A stretch of 63,999 nucleotides of DNA, filler included, from Craspedostauros australis (Eukaryota), in the NCBI GenBank assembly GCA_030167865.1. It is 9 parts of 9 records of this genome, joined end to end, with 100 filler letters (N's around TTAATTAATTAA, not from the genome) between each part and the next. Parts side by side here need not be neighbours in the genome. Positions count along the whole stretch, not along the records: positions 6,000 to 15,378 come from JALAGF010004112.1; positions 15,479 to 29,054 come from JALAGF010004113.1; 7 more parts are not named here. One strand, given 5' to 3'. Shown here in pieces: positions 10,304 to 21,518 of this stretch. Below the pieces are notes generated by a model that saw nothing but the letters and a program-made list of their open reading frames with translations, searched no databases and was not told where the DNA came from. The position numbers were made by a program, and so were the translations under genes. Every line of letters begins with the position of its first letter. Within the stretch, counting starts at the first letter, position 1.

Positions 10304-13300
10304 ATGTCGGCGCTTTCTGCCGCGCTTGAAGCGAGCGAAGATGCGAGCCTCAGTGCTGGCGACAACTCCGACAGCACAAGCAGCAAACACAAGTCTCTGG
10401 GAGAGATCAAAGGTAAGTATATGGTTGGGTACAGGCGCGACATCGTATTGCACTTCGAACCATTCCAACTTCGTCGAACTGAGAGAACGAATTGATACCC
10501 CACCAACGGATATTCACATCCACACTGACACTACCAATGGCATTCACACTGACAAGGAAGGCCCACCACAGTGTCTCCTCGTTGTGTTGGAGATTGTGCT
10601 TGTGCTTGTGTCAGGGTTGTTCAATTCGAGAGGATGGAATGTTGGTATGGTGTGGTATTGTGTTGTGCTGTATTGTACTGTTCTGGAGACCCATCCATTG
10701 TGGGAAGGGAGTTGATCATGCCGTTCCAAATCCAACCAACTGACATCCATCTCTCACGATCTGTCTTTCTCTTGCCCTTCTTTTCAACTGTACCTGTTAC
10801 TCGTTGTATGCTGTTGCTTGTTGCTGAGCTTCGTCATCTCCATCGTCTCCGTCGCGTTTCTCCTATGACCATTCTCACTGATTCCTCAAGACGTCCAGTG
10901 CGTATCCCACAGCGTTTTCCAACGTCACAGGAAGCCTGCAACCGTCCACCCACACCATACAACAGATGACACCCCCAATAGTTGGAATACCACACTCCGC
11001 AAGAACATTCACAACAACGGGGGAGAACAACGACAACAAGAGCAATAGCAGCCAGCAGAAACTTCTCCCAGCGGATTCCTCTTCCGCCAATCCACAGGAT
11101 GCAGAGAAACCCGGCGTATCTGCAGCAACTGTCGCCAAGCCTCTCTCCAACGGATCTGGCACAGTGTCGCCTCCATGGGAATCGGTATTCGAAGATGTCT
11201 GGTTCTGGGATGACGAACGGACCATGATGGGACTTCAAGACCGTTTGGCACGTGAAGGCTTCGATTTCGCTTCTGCCATTTCAGCGGTCGCCTCGCGATT
11301 CGTGTACACCTCGATGTTCAACGATACAGACTACCAAGACAAGGTGCTTGAAATGGCAACTCTTTGGTCTCAAAGCGAAACGACCAACGCGCTTCATCAT
11401 TGGCTCTGCAACGTCAATAACATCGAGTTTGCCCGCCAATCATTCACAAGACTCCCACCCGTCAACGAAGGCTCACCAGCATCACTCCAAGATGCCATCA
11501 TCAACAAGTTGAACCAAGCCATCCATGACAAAACAACAGAAAGACTCTATCAAGTGATAGCTTCCACTGGACACGGCGATTCGCAGTCTTCTCACCAGGT
11601 CTTCTACCTCGGCAACCCTAAGTTCCGACATCAAGCAAAAAAGGGAAGATTGCCAAAGAAGCTGTACATGGAAAAGACAACTGACGAGGCAGACCGCGAC
11701 CTGGTGTTGCTGTACTGCTCTCCCAGCGGGAGTGGCAAGACAGCCGAGCTCGCGGCGAGCGCGTACTCGAGAGATGCTGCCTTTTCCATCCAACTGGATG
11801 TCCCCAAGGACATTTCTACTCCTGAGAGCGGTCCTGTTCGGCAGAAGCAAGCACGAATCAGTCTCAAGACAGCCATTCGCAAACTCGTGCATGAAGACAA
11901 GGGCATCCGAGCTCTTTTTCTCGAGATCGCTCAAATGATCAAGCACCGCAGCACCAAGGAAAACAAGGTGCGAATCGTCGTCGCCATCGATGAAGCAGGA
12001 TCCCAACCCAACCTCGTCAATGACATCATCCGCCACCACGAATCTCATGGTGAGGATCTTGCCGCATTCATCATGACGGGATGCAACAACCCAGACGAAA
12101 GCGGAAACCGTGACGATGAGAAGGAATGGAAGAAGACGCAGAAGGAATCACTGCAGGTGGTGTTCTCCGTTGCAGGGACAGGCCTACATGGAGACATGGA
12201 AGGAACCGCGCCGAACAACTTCACGCAACTTCAACCAATTGCCCAAAGAAAGGTTGAAGATGTCTACAAGGTTCTCTGCCGAGAGTATCCAGACAGTCAG
12301 AACAAATTTCCACCTTTTCAACAGCTTCCAGAATATCCCCTCCTCAACGATATCGTCCACCACAACTCAAGAATGACCTCTGCCTTGGTGTTCCAACTTG
12401 CTACCAACAACTTCTCATATGGTGATCCCCGCCATCAAGTCAAGGTCGTCACTGCTGTTTTTGTGGACTTCTGCAAAAGCAACGGCATGGAGCACTTGTG
12501 GAAGAAGCCACACTTTCGCTTACAGGTTGTGGCAAGCGCATACGCTGCCCTCCTCTTCCAGAAAAAGACCACGGTGTATCGTCATGACGATCCCCATGAA
12601 ATCAGAGAGAAGGTTCTGAACGATGCTATCCACTTCCAACACTTTGGTGAGGACTACGTCGACATACACGATCTCCTTGGCGAGTATGGGCTCCTGACAA
12701 CTCAATCATTCACGGGTCTCTCCTCCATGGCAAAAGGGCAGAACAAGGACATTGAGATGTACCCTTTCCTCATGGATCCTGCCATGCAGCGACTCTGTGG
12801 CTGGATGATCGCTGGTGGAGAAGTCATGGCACATGCCGATGAAGCCTTGGGGACGACATCATTCGCATATGAAGCGCTCACAGTCCAAGTCCTCTCCAGT
12901 GTGATAGCAGCAGCCACGACCGTCAAGGCGGAAGATCGGAAGGATCTGAAATCGATGCTCGAGCATGGCGCTGCGATGTACGCATCGGAAGTGAGAGACG
13001 ATGGTGGCACTCTCAAATCTCTATTCGTGGACAAGGACATAGAAGACTCGTGGGAAGGGCTTGACGGATGGTACCCTGTTGCTTTTCCATCAGAGTTTGC
13101 CATGAAGGGCATGTACCTTCAGCAGTCACGCATGCACTTGTCATCAGATGAAACAAAACCACAACAGCAACAAGTACAGCAGCAACAGCAAGTACAGCAG
13201 CAGCAACCACAACAGCAGCAGCAACAAGTACAGCAGCAACAGAGCCAAACCGACTGGGATGATGTGAAAGGTTGGGAGGTCGAACTAAACGATCGTACTC

Positions 13301-14157
13301 CCTTCATCAACATCAATGGACTCACGAAGTATACCCCTCCCCAGAAAAGCGACCAAGAAACGCTGAACATTGACAAGGACTACCTCAAGGGACTCTGGGA
13401 CCTGCGACACGCCATCAACAAAACTCCAACGCTGGAGGAAGAGACGGAGGTGTTCTATCCTCCAATCGCAAGCGTCGCAGAAGGCAACAGCAACTTGGCA
13501 GACGGATACGTGTCCGTCGTGGTTGCTCAAAAGGAGGAGGTCGGCAACAAGATCGTGTGGAAGAACCTCAAGCTCGTCACCATCTGCATCCAGGCAAAGG
13601 ATATATCAACCGGTCGGAAGGTTTCCAACAAAGACATCCGCCAAAACAAGAACAGGGTCCTTCACAAGCTCCTCCACATTCCATTTGGCAAAGATCGCGT
13701 GTACTGCGTGGCGAGCCGACCAGGCAGCCTTGTGAATCGAACGATGAGCCAGGCCGATGCTGATGCAGCCAAAATGAGCACAACAACAGGTGCTGGTGAT
13801 CGTGCTGCCGCCAAGGCATTGGAGAACAAACATGGCGAGATGAAGGCTGCCTTCATGCGAAGGGTGGAACAAGCGGCACCCAAGTACGTGGCGGAGGAAC
13901 ATGGAGAACAGAAGCTTCAAAAATTCCTGGCAGAAGTCGAAACTGGGATCGACACCGACCTCATAGCAATCGAGGAGGAAGCCAGAGACGCAGCCATAAC
14001 ACAAGCAGAAGCTGATGAGGCCCACCTTGCGTCGTACATCGCGATGCCGACCGGTAAGTCCCCGGCGTCGGAGGTGCTGGAGGAAACGGGTATTCCCCGC
14101 AGCGAGCATGGGAAGACCGAGAGATTCAGTGTCCAGTTGACGTACTCTTCAGCTTGA
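10304..14157 (+). CDS. Large P-loop NTPase with C-terminal PD-(D/E)xK-like nuclease motif (Crinkler/RHS-type architecture); probable exons 10304-10412 and 10931-14157
   Basis: The 1063-aa ORF has Walker A LLYCSPSGSGKT (~11707-11742), Walker B IVVAIDEAG (~11974-12000), FSVAGTG, a polyQ tract and GNSNLADGY...ICIQAKD (~13483-13602). A phase-1 intron G|gtaagt (10413) ...tcacag|GA (10930) joins the upstream exon in frame. Confidence 0.75.
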
Positions 14158-14399
14158 ACCGGCTTCCGACACACATCGACGAAGTCAGCGAAACAACAGA
14201 GAACAGGAGGTGGCTGGAGGCAGCAGCGGTGGAATGTGGAATGCGGCGAGAACCAACGCCAGCGCAGACTGCATGCAAGAGGATTGAAGATGTGGCGACA
14301 TGAGGGGCGGACCATGACAGTGGAGTGATGTGGTATGGCATCTCTGGAGCCAACGAGGAACCACCATCAAACCAGGTTGTGTCGTGTGTGGTATATATG

Positions 14400-15125
14400 T
14401 AACATGGTAGATTTCTAATAGTTGTGATACTACTCGTGCAGAGCGGTTCACAATGAACAGGCTGCTGTTCTATGCAGTGCATCCTGTCACCGTCCAGCCA
14501 GGGTTGGCCTGTCGTTGTTCTTGATCTGTTCCTGTGCGACCATTGTGTATCCCAGCTAGTCCGTCTGGTTGGTCTGTCCTTCCCTCACCGCTGGTGTGGT
14601 TGGGAAGGGCTTGGAATGCCTACTTCGTGGTGTATCACCCAGCCTGTCGGTGCTCCGTGTTGTGTGCTATCCTCAGTTGCCTCCTTGTGCTGGACCTGGC
14701 CATCCTCTTCAGTATCCTCCTTGGTATCCTCTTCCGTCCCCTACATGGGTTCCTCCGTATTCTCGGGATCTTCGCTGTATCGAGTGTGGGCCGAAGCTAT
14801 CTTCTCCCTGTTGTACTGAGCCTTGTCCGATACCTTGCCCAATACCTTGTGGTCCTGCTTGATGTCCTCCCTGCCCTCCGCTTCTGTCTGCTCCTCTGTC
14901 ATCATGCTCATTCTCGCGCTCTTTGTTTCTCTCCTTCCTCCCAATTCGAAGGTTGCGTGGAGGTGCTCCAGTGCCATCTCCCTCGAGGATGGAGTTGATT
15001 GCTTCACCTTCCATTGCATCTCATTGGGAATCCTCCCCGCTTTCCAGTTGCCCATCGGGCACCTCTGATGCTTGAGCGGCCAGCGGAAGCACTGCGCAGA
15101 TCATGGCAGACAGAGTGAACTTCAT
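14400..15125 (-). pseudogene. Decayed secreted Gly/Gln-rich protein with multiple in-frame stops
   Basis: ATG at 15125 gives MKFTLSAMICAVLPLAAQA (signal peptide), then SEVPDGQLESGEDSQ* (TGA 15021). The same frame continues DAMEGEAINS...PPRNLRIGRK...GYQGGY* (TGA 14709) RGWPGPAQGGN*G*. The 3' limit is approximate. Confidence 0.55.
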
Positions 15126-15482
15126 GAGGGGGGCGTGATTCAACCCAATCCAATTCGATTCATTTCGATTCGGTTGTTGGTCGGATTGTGGGAGAAGAGG
15201 CATCATTTGGAATCGCTGATCATCGACACAGCACGTGGCACGCAGCGCATAGGATGGAAGAGAAGAGGAGACCGCACAACGATGGTACACATACGTACAC
15301 TACCTGCGGTGGATGGGTCCATCGTGAGACAGGATGAAGCGGACAGAGAAGAAGCGGAACCCTTTCCAGTCACAAACGNNNNNNNNNNNNNNNNNNNNNN
15401 NNNNNNNNNNNNNNNNNNNNNNTTAATTAATTAANNNNNNNNNNNNNNNNNNNNNNNNNNNNNNNNNNNNNNNNNNNNCACC

Positions 15483-17833
15483 ATGAAGTTCGCAATCACA
15501 GCCGCCATGAGCCTCCTGCTCGCAGAGAGCGCCTCCGCTTTCGCTCCATTCACACCCATGACAAGCTACCAGCAGTCGTCGTCCTCATCGTCGTCGTCTG
15601 CCGTCTTCATGGCCGCGGACATGCCACCTGCTGCCAACACCAACAGCAACCTCCCGGTCATCCAGCAGAACCAGTACGGACCAAGCGATGTGCGATACTC
15701 CGACTTCCTCAAACTCGTCGACGGCGACCGCATCGAGAAGGTCACCTTCTCTTCTGACGGAACCCAGCTCCTTGGAGTCGATGTCGATGGTGCCCGTCTC
15801 AAGATCGAGGCCCTCCCAAATGACCCAGGTCTCTTGACTCAGCTCACCGACCACAAGGTACGAAAGCACGATGGCAGACATGCAGACGCATCAACGTGCG
15901 AATCCAAAATTCAGCCTGCGTTAGTCACAAGATTGAAAGATGGATCCTGTCGCGTACGATTTCATTTGGGGATCTATTGCGTCGGTTCAGCCTGATTGGC
16001 ATCGAAATGAAATGTGTGCTGGCCAATATGCTTCATTATGCACACAGCCACAGTACGCACAACTGAGGAACGCCCATCATTAACCAAGCACTCACCCCAT
16101 TTTTGCCGATTTCCATTAATTACACCAACTACCAACTTCAATTGCGCCATCGGCAACACCCACAACAACAGGTCGATGTCACTGTCCTCCCAACCCAGGA
16201 GGCCGGTGGACTCGGTGAGCTCGCGCAGAGCCTCATCTTCCCAGCAGCCCTCTTTGCTGGACTCTTCTTCCTCAGCCGACGATCCGGCGGCCAGGCCGGC
16301 GGTGGCATGGGCGGAATGGGTGGACAGAACCCAATGGGATTCGGAAAGAGCAAGGCCGAAATCCAGATGGTCCCAGATACCGGCGTCAGCTTCGATGATG
16401 TCGCCGGATGCGACGGTGCCAAGCTCGAGCTCGCGGAGGTCGTCGACTTCCTCAAGCAGCCAGAGGCATACACCAAGAACGGATGCCGCATCCCACGTGG
16501 TGTCATCCTTGACGGACCACCAGGAACAGGAAAGACCCTCCTCGCCAAGGCAGTCGCCGGAGAATCCGGTGTCCCATTCATCAGCATCTCAGGATCCGAA
16601 TTCGTGGAGATGTTCGTCGGAGTTGGAGCCTCCCGTGTCCGTGACATTTTCGGGCAGGCCAAGAAGAACGCCCCATGCATCATCTTCATCGATGAGATCG
16701 ACGCCGTCGGTCGCCAGCGTGGTGCCGGATACGCCGGAGGTAACGACGAGCGTGAGCAGACCATCAACCAGATCCTCGTCGAGATGGACGGTTTCGCCGG
16801 AAACCCAGGTATCATCACCATCGCCGCCACCAACCGCGTCGACATTTTGGACCAGGCCCTCTTGCGTCCAGGACGTTTCGATCGCAAGGTCACCGTCGAC
16901 CTCCCAGACTTCAAGGGCCGCACCCGCATCTTGGGCGTCCACTCCCGCGGCAAGCCTTTGGAGCCAGATGTCGACCTTGAGGCCGTCTCGCGCCGTACTC
17001 CAGGATTCTCCGGAGCCCAGCTTGAGAACCTCATGAACGAGGCCGCCATCTCCGCCGCCCGCAAAGCCAAGAGCACCATCGGATGGGAGGAAGTCGATGG
17101 AGCCATCGATCGTATCATGGTCGGTCTCGAAAAGAAGGGTGGCAACCAGGTCGCCAAGCAGAAGGAGCTCGTCGCCTACCACGAGGCCGGACACGCCATC
17201 GTCGGTGCCCTCGTGCCAGACTACGATCAGGTCCAGAAGATCACCATCATCCCACGATCCAACGGAGCCGGAGGATTGACCTTCTTCGCACCACAGGAGT
17301 CTCGCCTCGAGTCCGGCATGTACAGCAAGCAGTATCTCGAGTCCCAGCTCGCCGTCGCTCTCGGAGGACGTCTGGCGGAGGAGATCATCTACGGTGAGGA
17401 CATGGTCACCACTGGTGCCTCCAACGACATCCAGCAGGTGGCCAGCACCGCCAAGCGCATGGTCAAGGAATGGGGAATGAGCGACAAGGTCGGGCGCGTC
17501 GCGCTGGACGAGCCATCCGGCGGAGGTCCATTCATGGGACGCATGATGTTGCAGGGCCAGACCAAGTGGGGTGACAAGCTCATGGGAACCGTCGACACCG
17601 AGGTCGAGAGACTGGTGAACAACAGCTACATCGTGGCCAAGAAGATCCTCACTGACAACCGTGAGTTGCTGGAGCACGTGAGCCAGGTCCTTATCGAGCA
17701 GGAGGTCGTTTCCGCCGAAGAATTCCAGATGATGTTGGTCCAGTTCAAGGCGCGGACAATTGACTATGGTGTCATCGGACAGGAGCAGAACCGCGACAAG
17801 CTCCCATTCAAGGGCCTCCCAACCGCCGTGTAA
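15483..17833 (+). CDS. ftsH: Nuclear-encoded plastid ATP-dependent zinc metalloprotease FtsH; exons 15483-15857, 16172-17833
   Basis: Signal peptide ending ESASA|FAP plus a Ser-rich transit peptide; Walker A GPPGTGKT, Walker [22 protein letters not shown] and zinc motif HEAGH. Intron AAG|gtacga...caacag|GTC is in frame (TDHK-VDVTV). Confidence 0.97.
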
Positions 17834-18566
17834 ACGGTATGAGGATATGCTCACCAAACTCTGCAAACCCTACTACGCACCAGTCGAAGCAACAGCCGCA
17901 TTGACAGTTGACGGCGACGACAACGACGACGACGACGACGACGAAACCGAGTTTACGTCCAACCCTCGATGAGGACAGAGACTAATTCGCCACGCCTTCA
18001 GAGTACCATAACGAGTAGGGAGGAACAGTTCTATTTTTTTCTTCTTTTTGAAATCATGAGCTCCACTCTGTTCAGATCTGTGTTGATGACATGTGGGCAC
18101 GTAGAATGCTGTTGCCGCCAGGGCATCGCCCCCTGTCCACAACCTTCTGGCTGCGTGTGCCTATTGCATTCAAGCACCCGATCTCCCCAACGCGAAGAGC
18201 ACTTCATGAACAATTCACATCTTCACAACCCACGAGCAGAGGGCGCCACCATCAACGAATAAACAAGCAGCATACGAGTATAATATGCGCGTATTGCACG
18301 CATGCACTGGAGTATGTGTGCATATATCGAATAGTCGTTATCCTAGAATATATTATAATAGCAGAATAGTCCCATTGGTTTTAGTAGAGTACTAATAGAG
18401 CATGAAGACTTGCACCGCTACAATGATCGACGCGCGGATCATCGAATGCAAAGCATGGTACTGCCCCCAGTACCATGCTCCACCTGTCCATGTACAGTTG
18501 CAGTCACCGTCACAAGCACAATTGCTCCACTCCACTCAAATCCCCCCTCCTCTACATTCATCCACC

Positions 18567-21518
18567 TCACGCCACCGGCGCAGCGGGCGGGTGGATGCGG
18601 CTGATGCCGTAGAAGTTGTAACCAGCAATAATCAAGGTTTCGCCCACCGTCCTCCTCGAAGGATTGCTGACGAACAACGATTCGTAGATCCTAGACGCCT
18701 CGGAGTAGCAGCCCATCATCTCTTTGACATGACCCTGCTGGAGGTGGCAGTTGCCCAACAAGTTCAAGATCTTCGCAATCGTGGCGTCGTTGGGCTTCGG
18801 GCGCCTGCGTTCCGTTCGCAGAGCATCCGAGTAGTAGCGCAAGGCCTGCTCGAGGCATCCCAGCTGCTGATGGACCTGTCCCAAGTGCTGCATCGTCAGG
18901 ACGACGTCCGGGTGGTCTTCACCCAACGAGGCCTGTTCCACGCGCAGCGTCTCCTTGTAGGCCTCGATCGCCAAATCGTCTTGCCCCGTCTCGAAGTAGA
19001 TGGTGGCTATGTTGTACCACAGTATCGCCACGTCCTTGTGGTTGGGCCCCAGCAGCGCTTTGCGGATCCTCAGACTCTCCAGGAAGCATGCCTTCGCGAG
19101 ATCGTGGAACTCCTGCTTGAACAGGACGAGGCCGACCGAATTGAGCGTGCTGGCGATGTCCGCGTGGTCATCCGTGCCGTAGTGATCGCGTCGGATGCGC
19201 AGAGCCTCCTGGTACGAGTCGAACGACGACGGGTAGTCCTTCATGTGGTACTGGATGAGCCCCATGCTGGACAACGTCCCTGCAGCCGCGATGTTGTTCA
19301 TGCCGAAGCTAGCGAGCTGCATTGAATACACGGACTGGTAGGCCTTGAGCGCCGCCTCGTGGTTGCCCCAGTCCTTGTGGATGTGCGCGATGTTCGTGAG
19401 CGTGATGATGATGTGCGGGTGATTCGGTTCCAACACTTCGATCTCGATGCGATATCCAGCGCAGTAGTACTTCATCGCCGATCGGAAGTCATGGAGCTCG
19501 TACGAGAGGTTGCCAAGCCGGTTGAGCAACGACGCCACTTCCGGATGATGGTCGCCCAAGGCCCTCTGCGCAGATTCATGGGCCCGTTGGAGGCATGCCA
19601 AGGCGTCGGATCGTCGCCCATGCTCCAAGTGCACTTCCGCCATGCGTTTGTGTACCATGGCAATATCCTCTGAGCATTCGCCCAGCACCTTCGTGGCGAT
19701 GTCCAGAAACATCCTGTAGTGCTTCATCGCCAAGTCGTACTGCTTGAGATGATGGTAGCACTGCCCCGTGTTGTACATGGTAGCTGCAGCATCGATGGAG
19801 TTGCGGCCAAGCGCTTCGAGGCGCAGCTCCAACGCCTTCTGGTACGTCGAGAGCGAGAGGTTGAAGTCGCCGGTGGAGAACTGTACCCGGCCCATGTTGT
19901 TCAGGACGGTTGCGGCTGATACCGCCCAAGTGGATGCATCTGACGTCGCATGCTCGTCATCGTGGAAACGATTCTGATGGTACAGCTGGTAGCTCTGTCG
20001 CAGCATCTCGAGGATGCAATCGGTCTGGCCAGGGAGGGAGAGATGGAAGGAGACGCAGGCTGTGCAGTTCAGCGCGATGGCCAAGTGATGGTTGTGCGAC
20101 ATCCTGCAGGATGCTTGTGTCTCACCGCGATTCCCGGTCTTCGACGTGAATCCTGTCAGCAGGGAGAGGGACTCCTTGTAGCATTCGTACGCAATGCGGT
20201 TGCACCCCAGTCGATAATGGCAGTTGGCGATGTTGTGCAAGGCCATGGCACAGAAGTGCACCAGCTCCTGACGATGTGCAGACAGCCGGTATCTACCGTT
20301 CGTTTGTGGCCCATGTGCTTCGCCACAGCGCCCATCGGCGTCACTGTGCTTGCGATCCGATGCATCGCTCATCTGTGCCCCTTGTGTTGTTTTCGACGCA
20401 CGATCTGAGAGGATGCTGTCACCGTGAATGTCAGCAAGGGACACAAGGGCCGTCTGGAATAGCTGCAGCGCGGCAGAAAAGTCACCAGAGCGCGCACAGG
20501 TCATCGCTATGTTGTACTGGAGGACGGCAATCATGGGAGTCGGGTGCTCTTTCCGCTGGTTGATTCGATGCGGTGGAGCTTCTGCTTCTGCTCGTGGCGC
20601 TTTGCCGATGAAGTCGAGCGGCAACGCATTCCTGTATTTCCACATGCCCTCGTCAAAGATGTGTTTTCTGGAAGCCTGGCGTGATTGTGACGACGATGTA
20701 TCTGTGGGCGGCGCTACTTCGTGTCCCGTCTTTCCTCCTGGCTCATTTGGGGAGACTGGTACTGTTGGGAACTGCGGCCTGACAAGGTACCCCGCGGCTG
20801 ACGTTTCGATGAGTGGTGACATCCCGCGAACACACAAGTGTTGCGGTCCAGTCGACCCATGTTGCTTGCGAGTGGCCTGTTTATGATCCACATGATCGTG
20901 GTGGACCGTGAATTGATTTGCGAGATGAGCACCGTCCTGTGTGTTACTGGATGGAGCGGGTGGTAGCTCACAACGATCACAGGTGAGGGTGGAGAAATGG
21001 ATGCCGCCGATGCTCGAGACGATCGTGTTTGGCTTGATAGAGACGCCAATGTCGGAAGCGACGCCTGAGTCTTTGATCGTAGCGATCGCCATGGCCAAGG
21101 CCTGCGAGAAGTACCGCTTCGCCGCGCTCATCTCGTTGTGACGGAAGTTCGACATTCCCATACTCGCGAGCAGCGACACCAGCGAATGGTTTGGCTGCTG
21201 CTGCTGCTGACGATGACGATGATGATGTCTCTGCGTTGGTTGATTGTCACATGAGCCTTTCACAACGGGACCACAACGTGCATCAGTGCCAGAGGTGTCT
21301 ATGGATGCAGGTTCATGAAACATCCTTGAACGTTTGGGAGGCCGCTCATCTTTCGTTGCCAATGCCCGCCGTCTTGTCGATGAAGTGTTGACGATGGACC
21401 CGGTTGGTGGGGTGGGTGTGGAGGTCGAAGACGCCATGGCTGAGATAGGAGAATGCCGAATTGCGGCTGTCTGCTTGACGGCGATGTTGACAGCCGAAGT
21501 GTGGATCGGAGCATTCAT
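18567..21518 (-). CDS. TPR-repeat protein (kinesin light chain/NPHP3-like TPRs) with low-complexity N-terminus
   Basis: About 10 tandem 42-aa TPR units (e.g. HPEVASLLNRLGNLSY, HADIASTLNSVGLVLF, HKDVAILWYNIATIYF). The first ATG is at 21518; the track ORF begins at TTG 21653. Confidence 0.9.
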   Translation of the reverse strand: MNAPIHTSAVNIAVKQTAAIRHSPISAMASSTSTPTPPTGSIVNTSSTRRRALATKDERPPKRSRMFHEPASIDTSGTDARCGPVVKGSCDNQPTQRHHHRHRQQQQQPNHSLVSLLASMGMSNFRHNEMSAAKRYFSQALAMAIATIKDSGVASDIGVSIKPNTIVSSIGGIHFSTLTCDRCELPPAPSSNTQDGAHLANQFTVHHDHVDHKQATRKQHGSTGPQHLCVRGMSPLIETSAAGYLVRPQFPTVPVSPNEPGGKTGHEVAPPTDTSSSQSRQASRKHIFDEGMWKYRNALPLDFIGKAPRAEAEAPPHRINQRKEHPTPMIAVLQYNIAMTCARSGDFSAALQLFQTALVSLADIHGDSILSDRASKTTQGAQMSDASDRKHSDADGRCGEAHGPQTNGRYRLSAHRQELVHFCAMALHNIANCHYRLGCNRIAYECYKESLSLLTGFTSKTGNRGETQASCRMSHNHHLAIALNCTACVSFHLSLPGQTDCILEMLRQSYQLYHQNRFHDDEHATSDASTWAVSAATVLNNMGRVQFSTGDFNLSLSTYQKALELRLEALGRNSIDAAATMYNTGQCYHHLKQYDLAMKHYRMFLDIATKVLGECSEDIAMVHKRMAEVHLEHGRRSDALACLQRAHESAQRALGDHHPEVASLLNRLGNLSYELHDFRSAMKYYCAGYRIEIEVLEPNHPHIIITLTNIAHIHKDWGNHEAALKAYQSVYSMQLASFGMNNIAAAGTLSSMGLIQYHMKDYPSSFDSYQEALRIRRDHYGTDDHADIASTLNSVGLVLFKQEFHDLAKACFLESLRIRKALLGPNHKDVAILWYNIATIYFETGQDDLAIEAYKETLRVEQASLGEDHPDVVLTMQHLGQVHQQLGCLEQALRYYSDALRTERRRPKPNDATIAKILNLLGNCHLQQGHVKEMMGCYSEASRIYESLFVSNPSRRTVGETLIIAGYNFYGISRIHPPAAPVA

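Noticed and set aside
16138..17866. Long antisense/alternate-frame ORFs over ftsH (and likewise over metH 59030-60907 and 61289-62710, HID1 and TPR)
   Set aside because: These are shadow ORFs caused by strong codon bias in the real gene, with no recognisable motifs.
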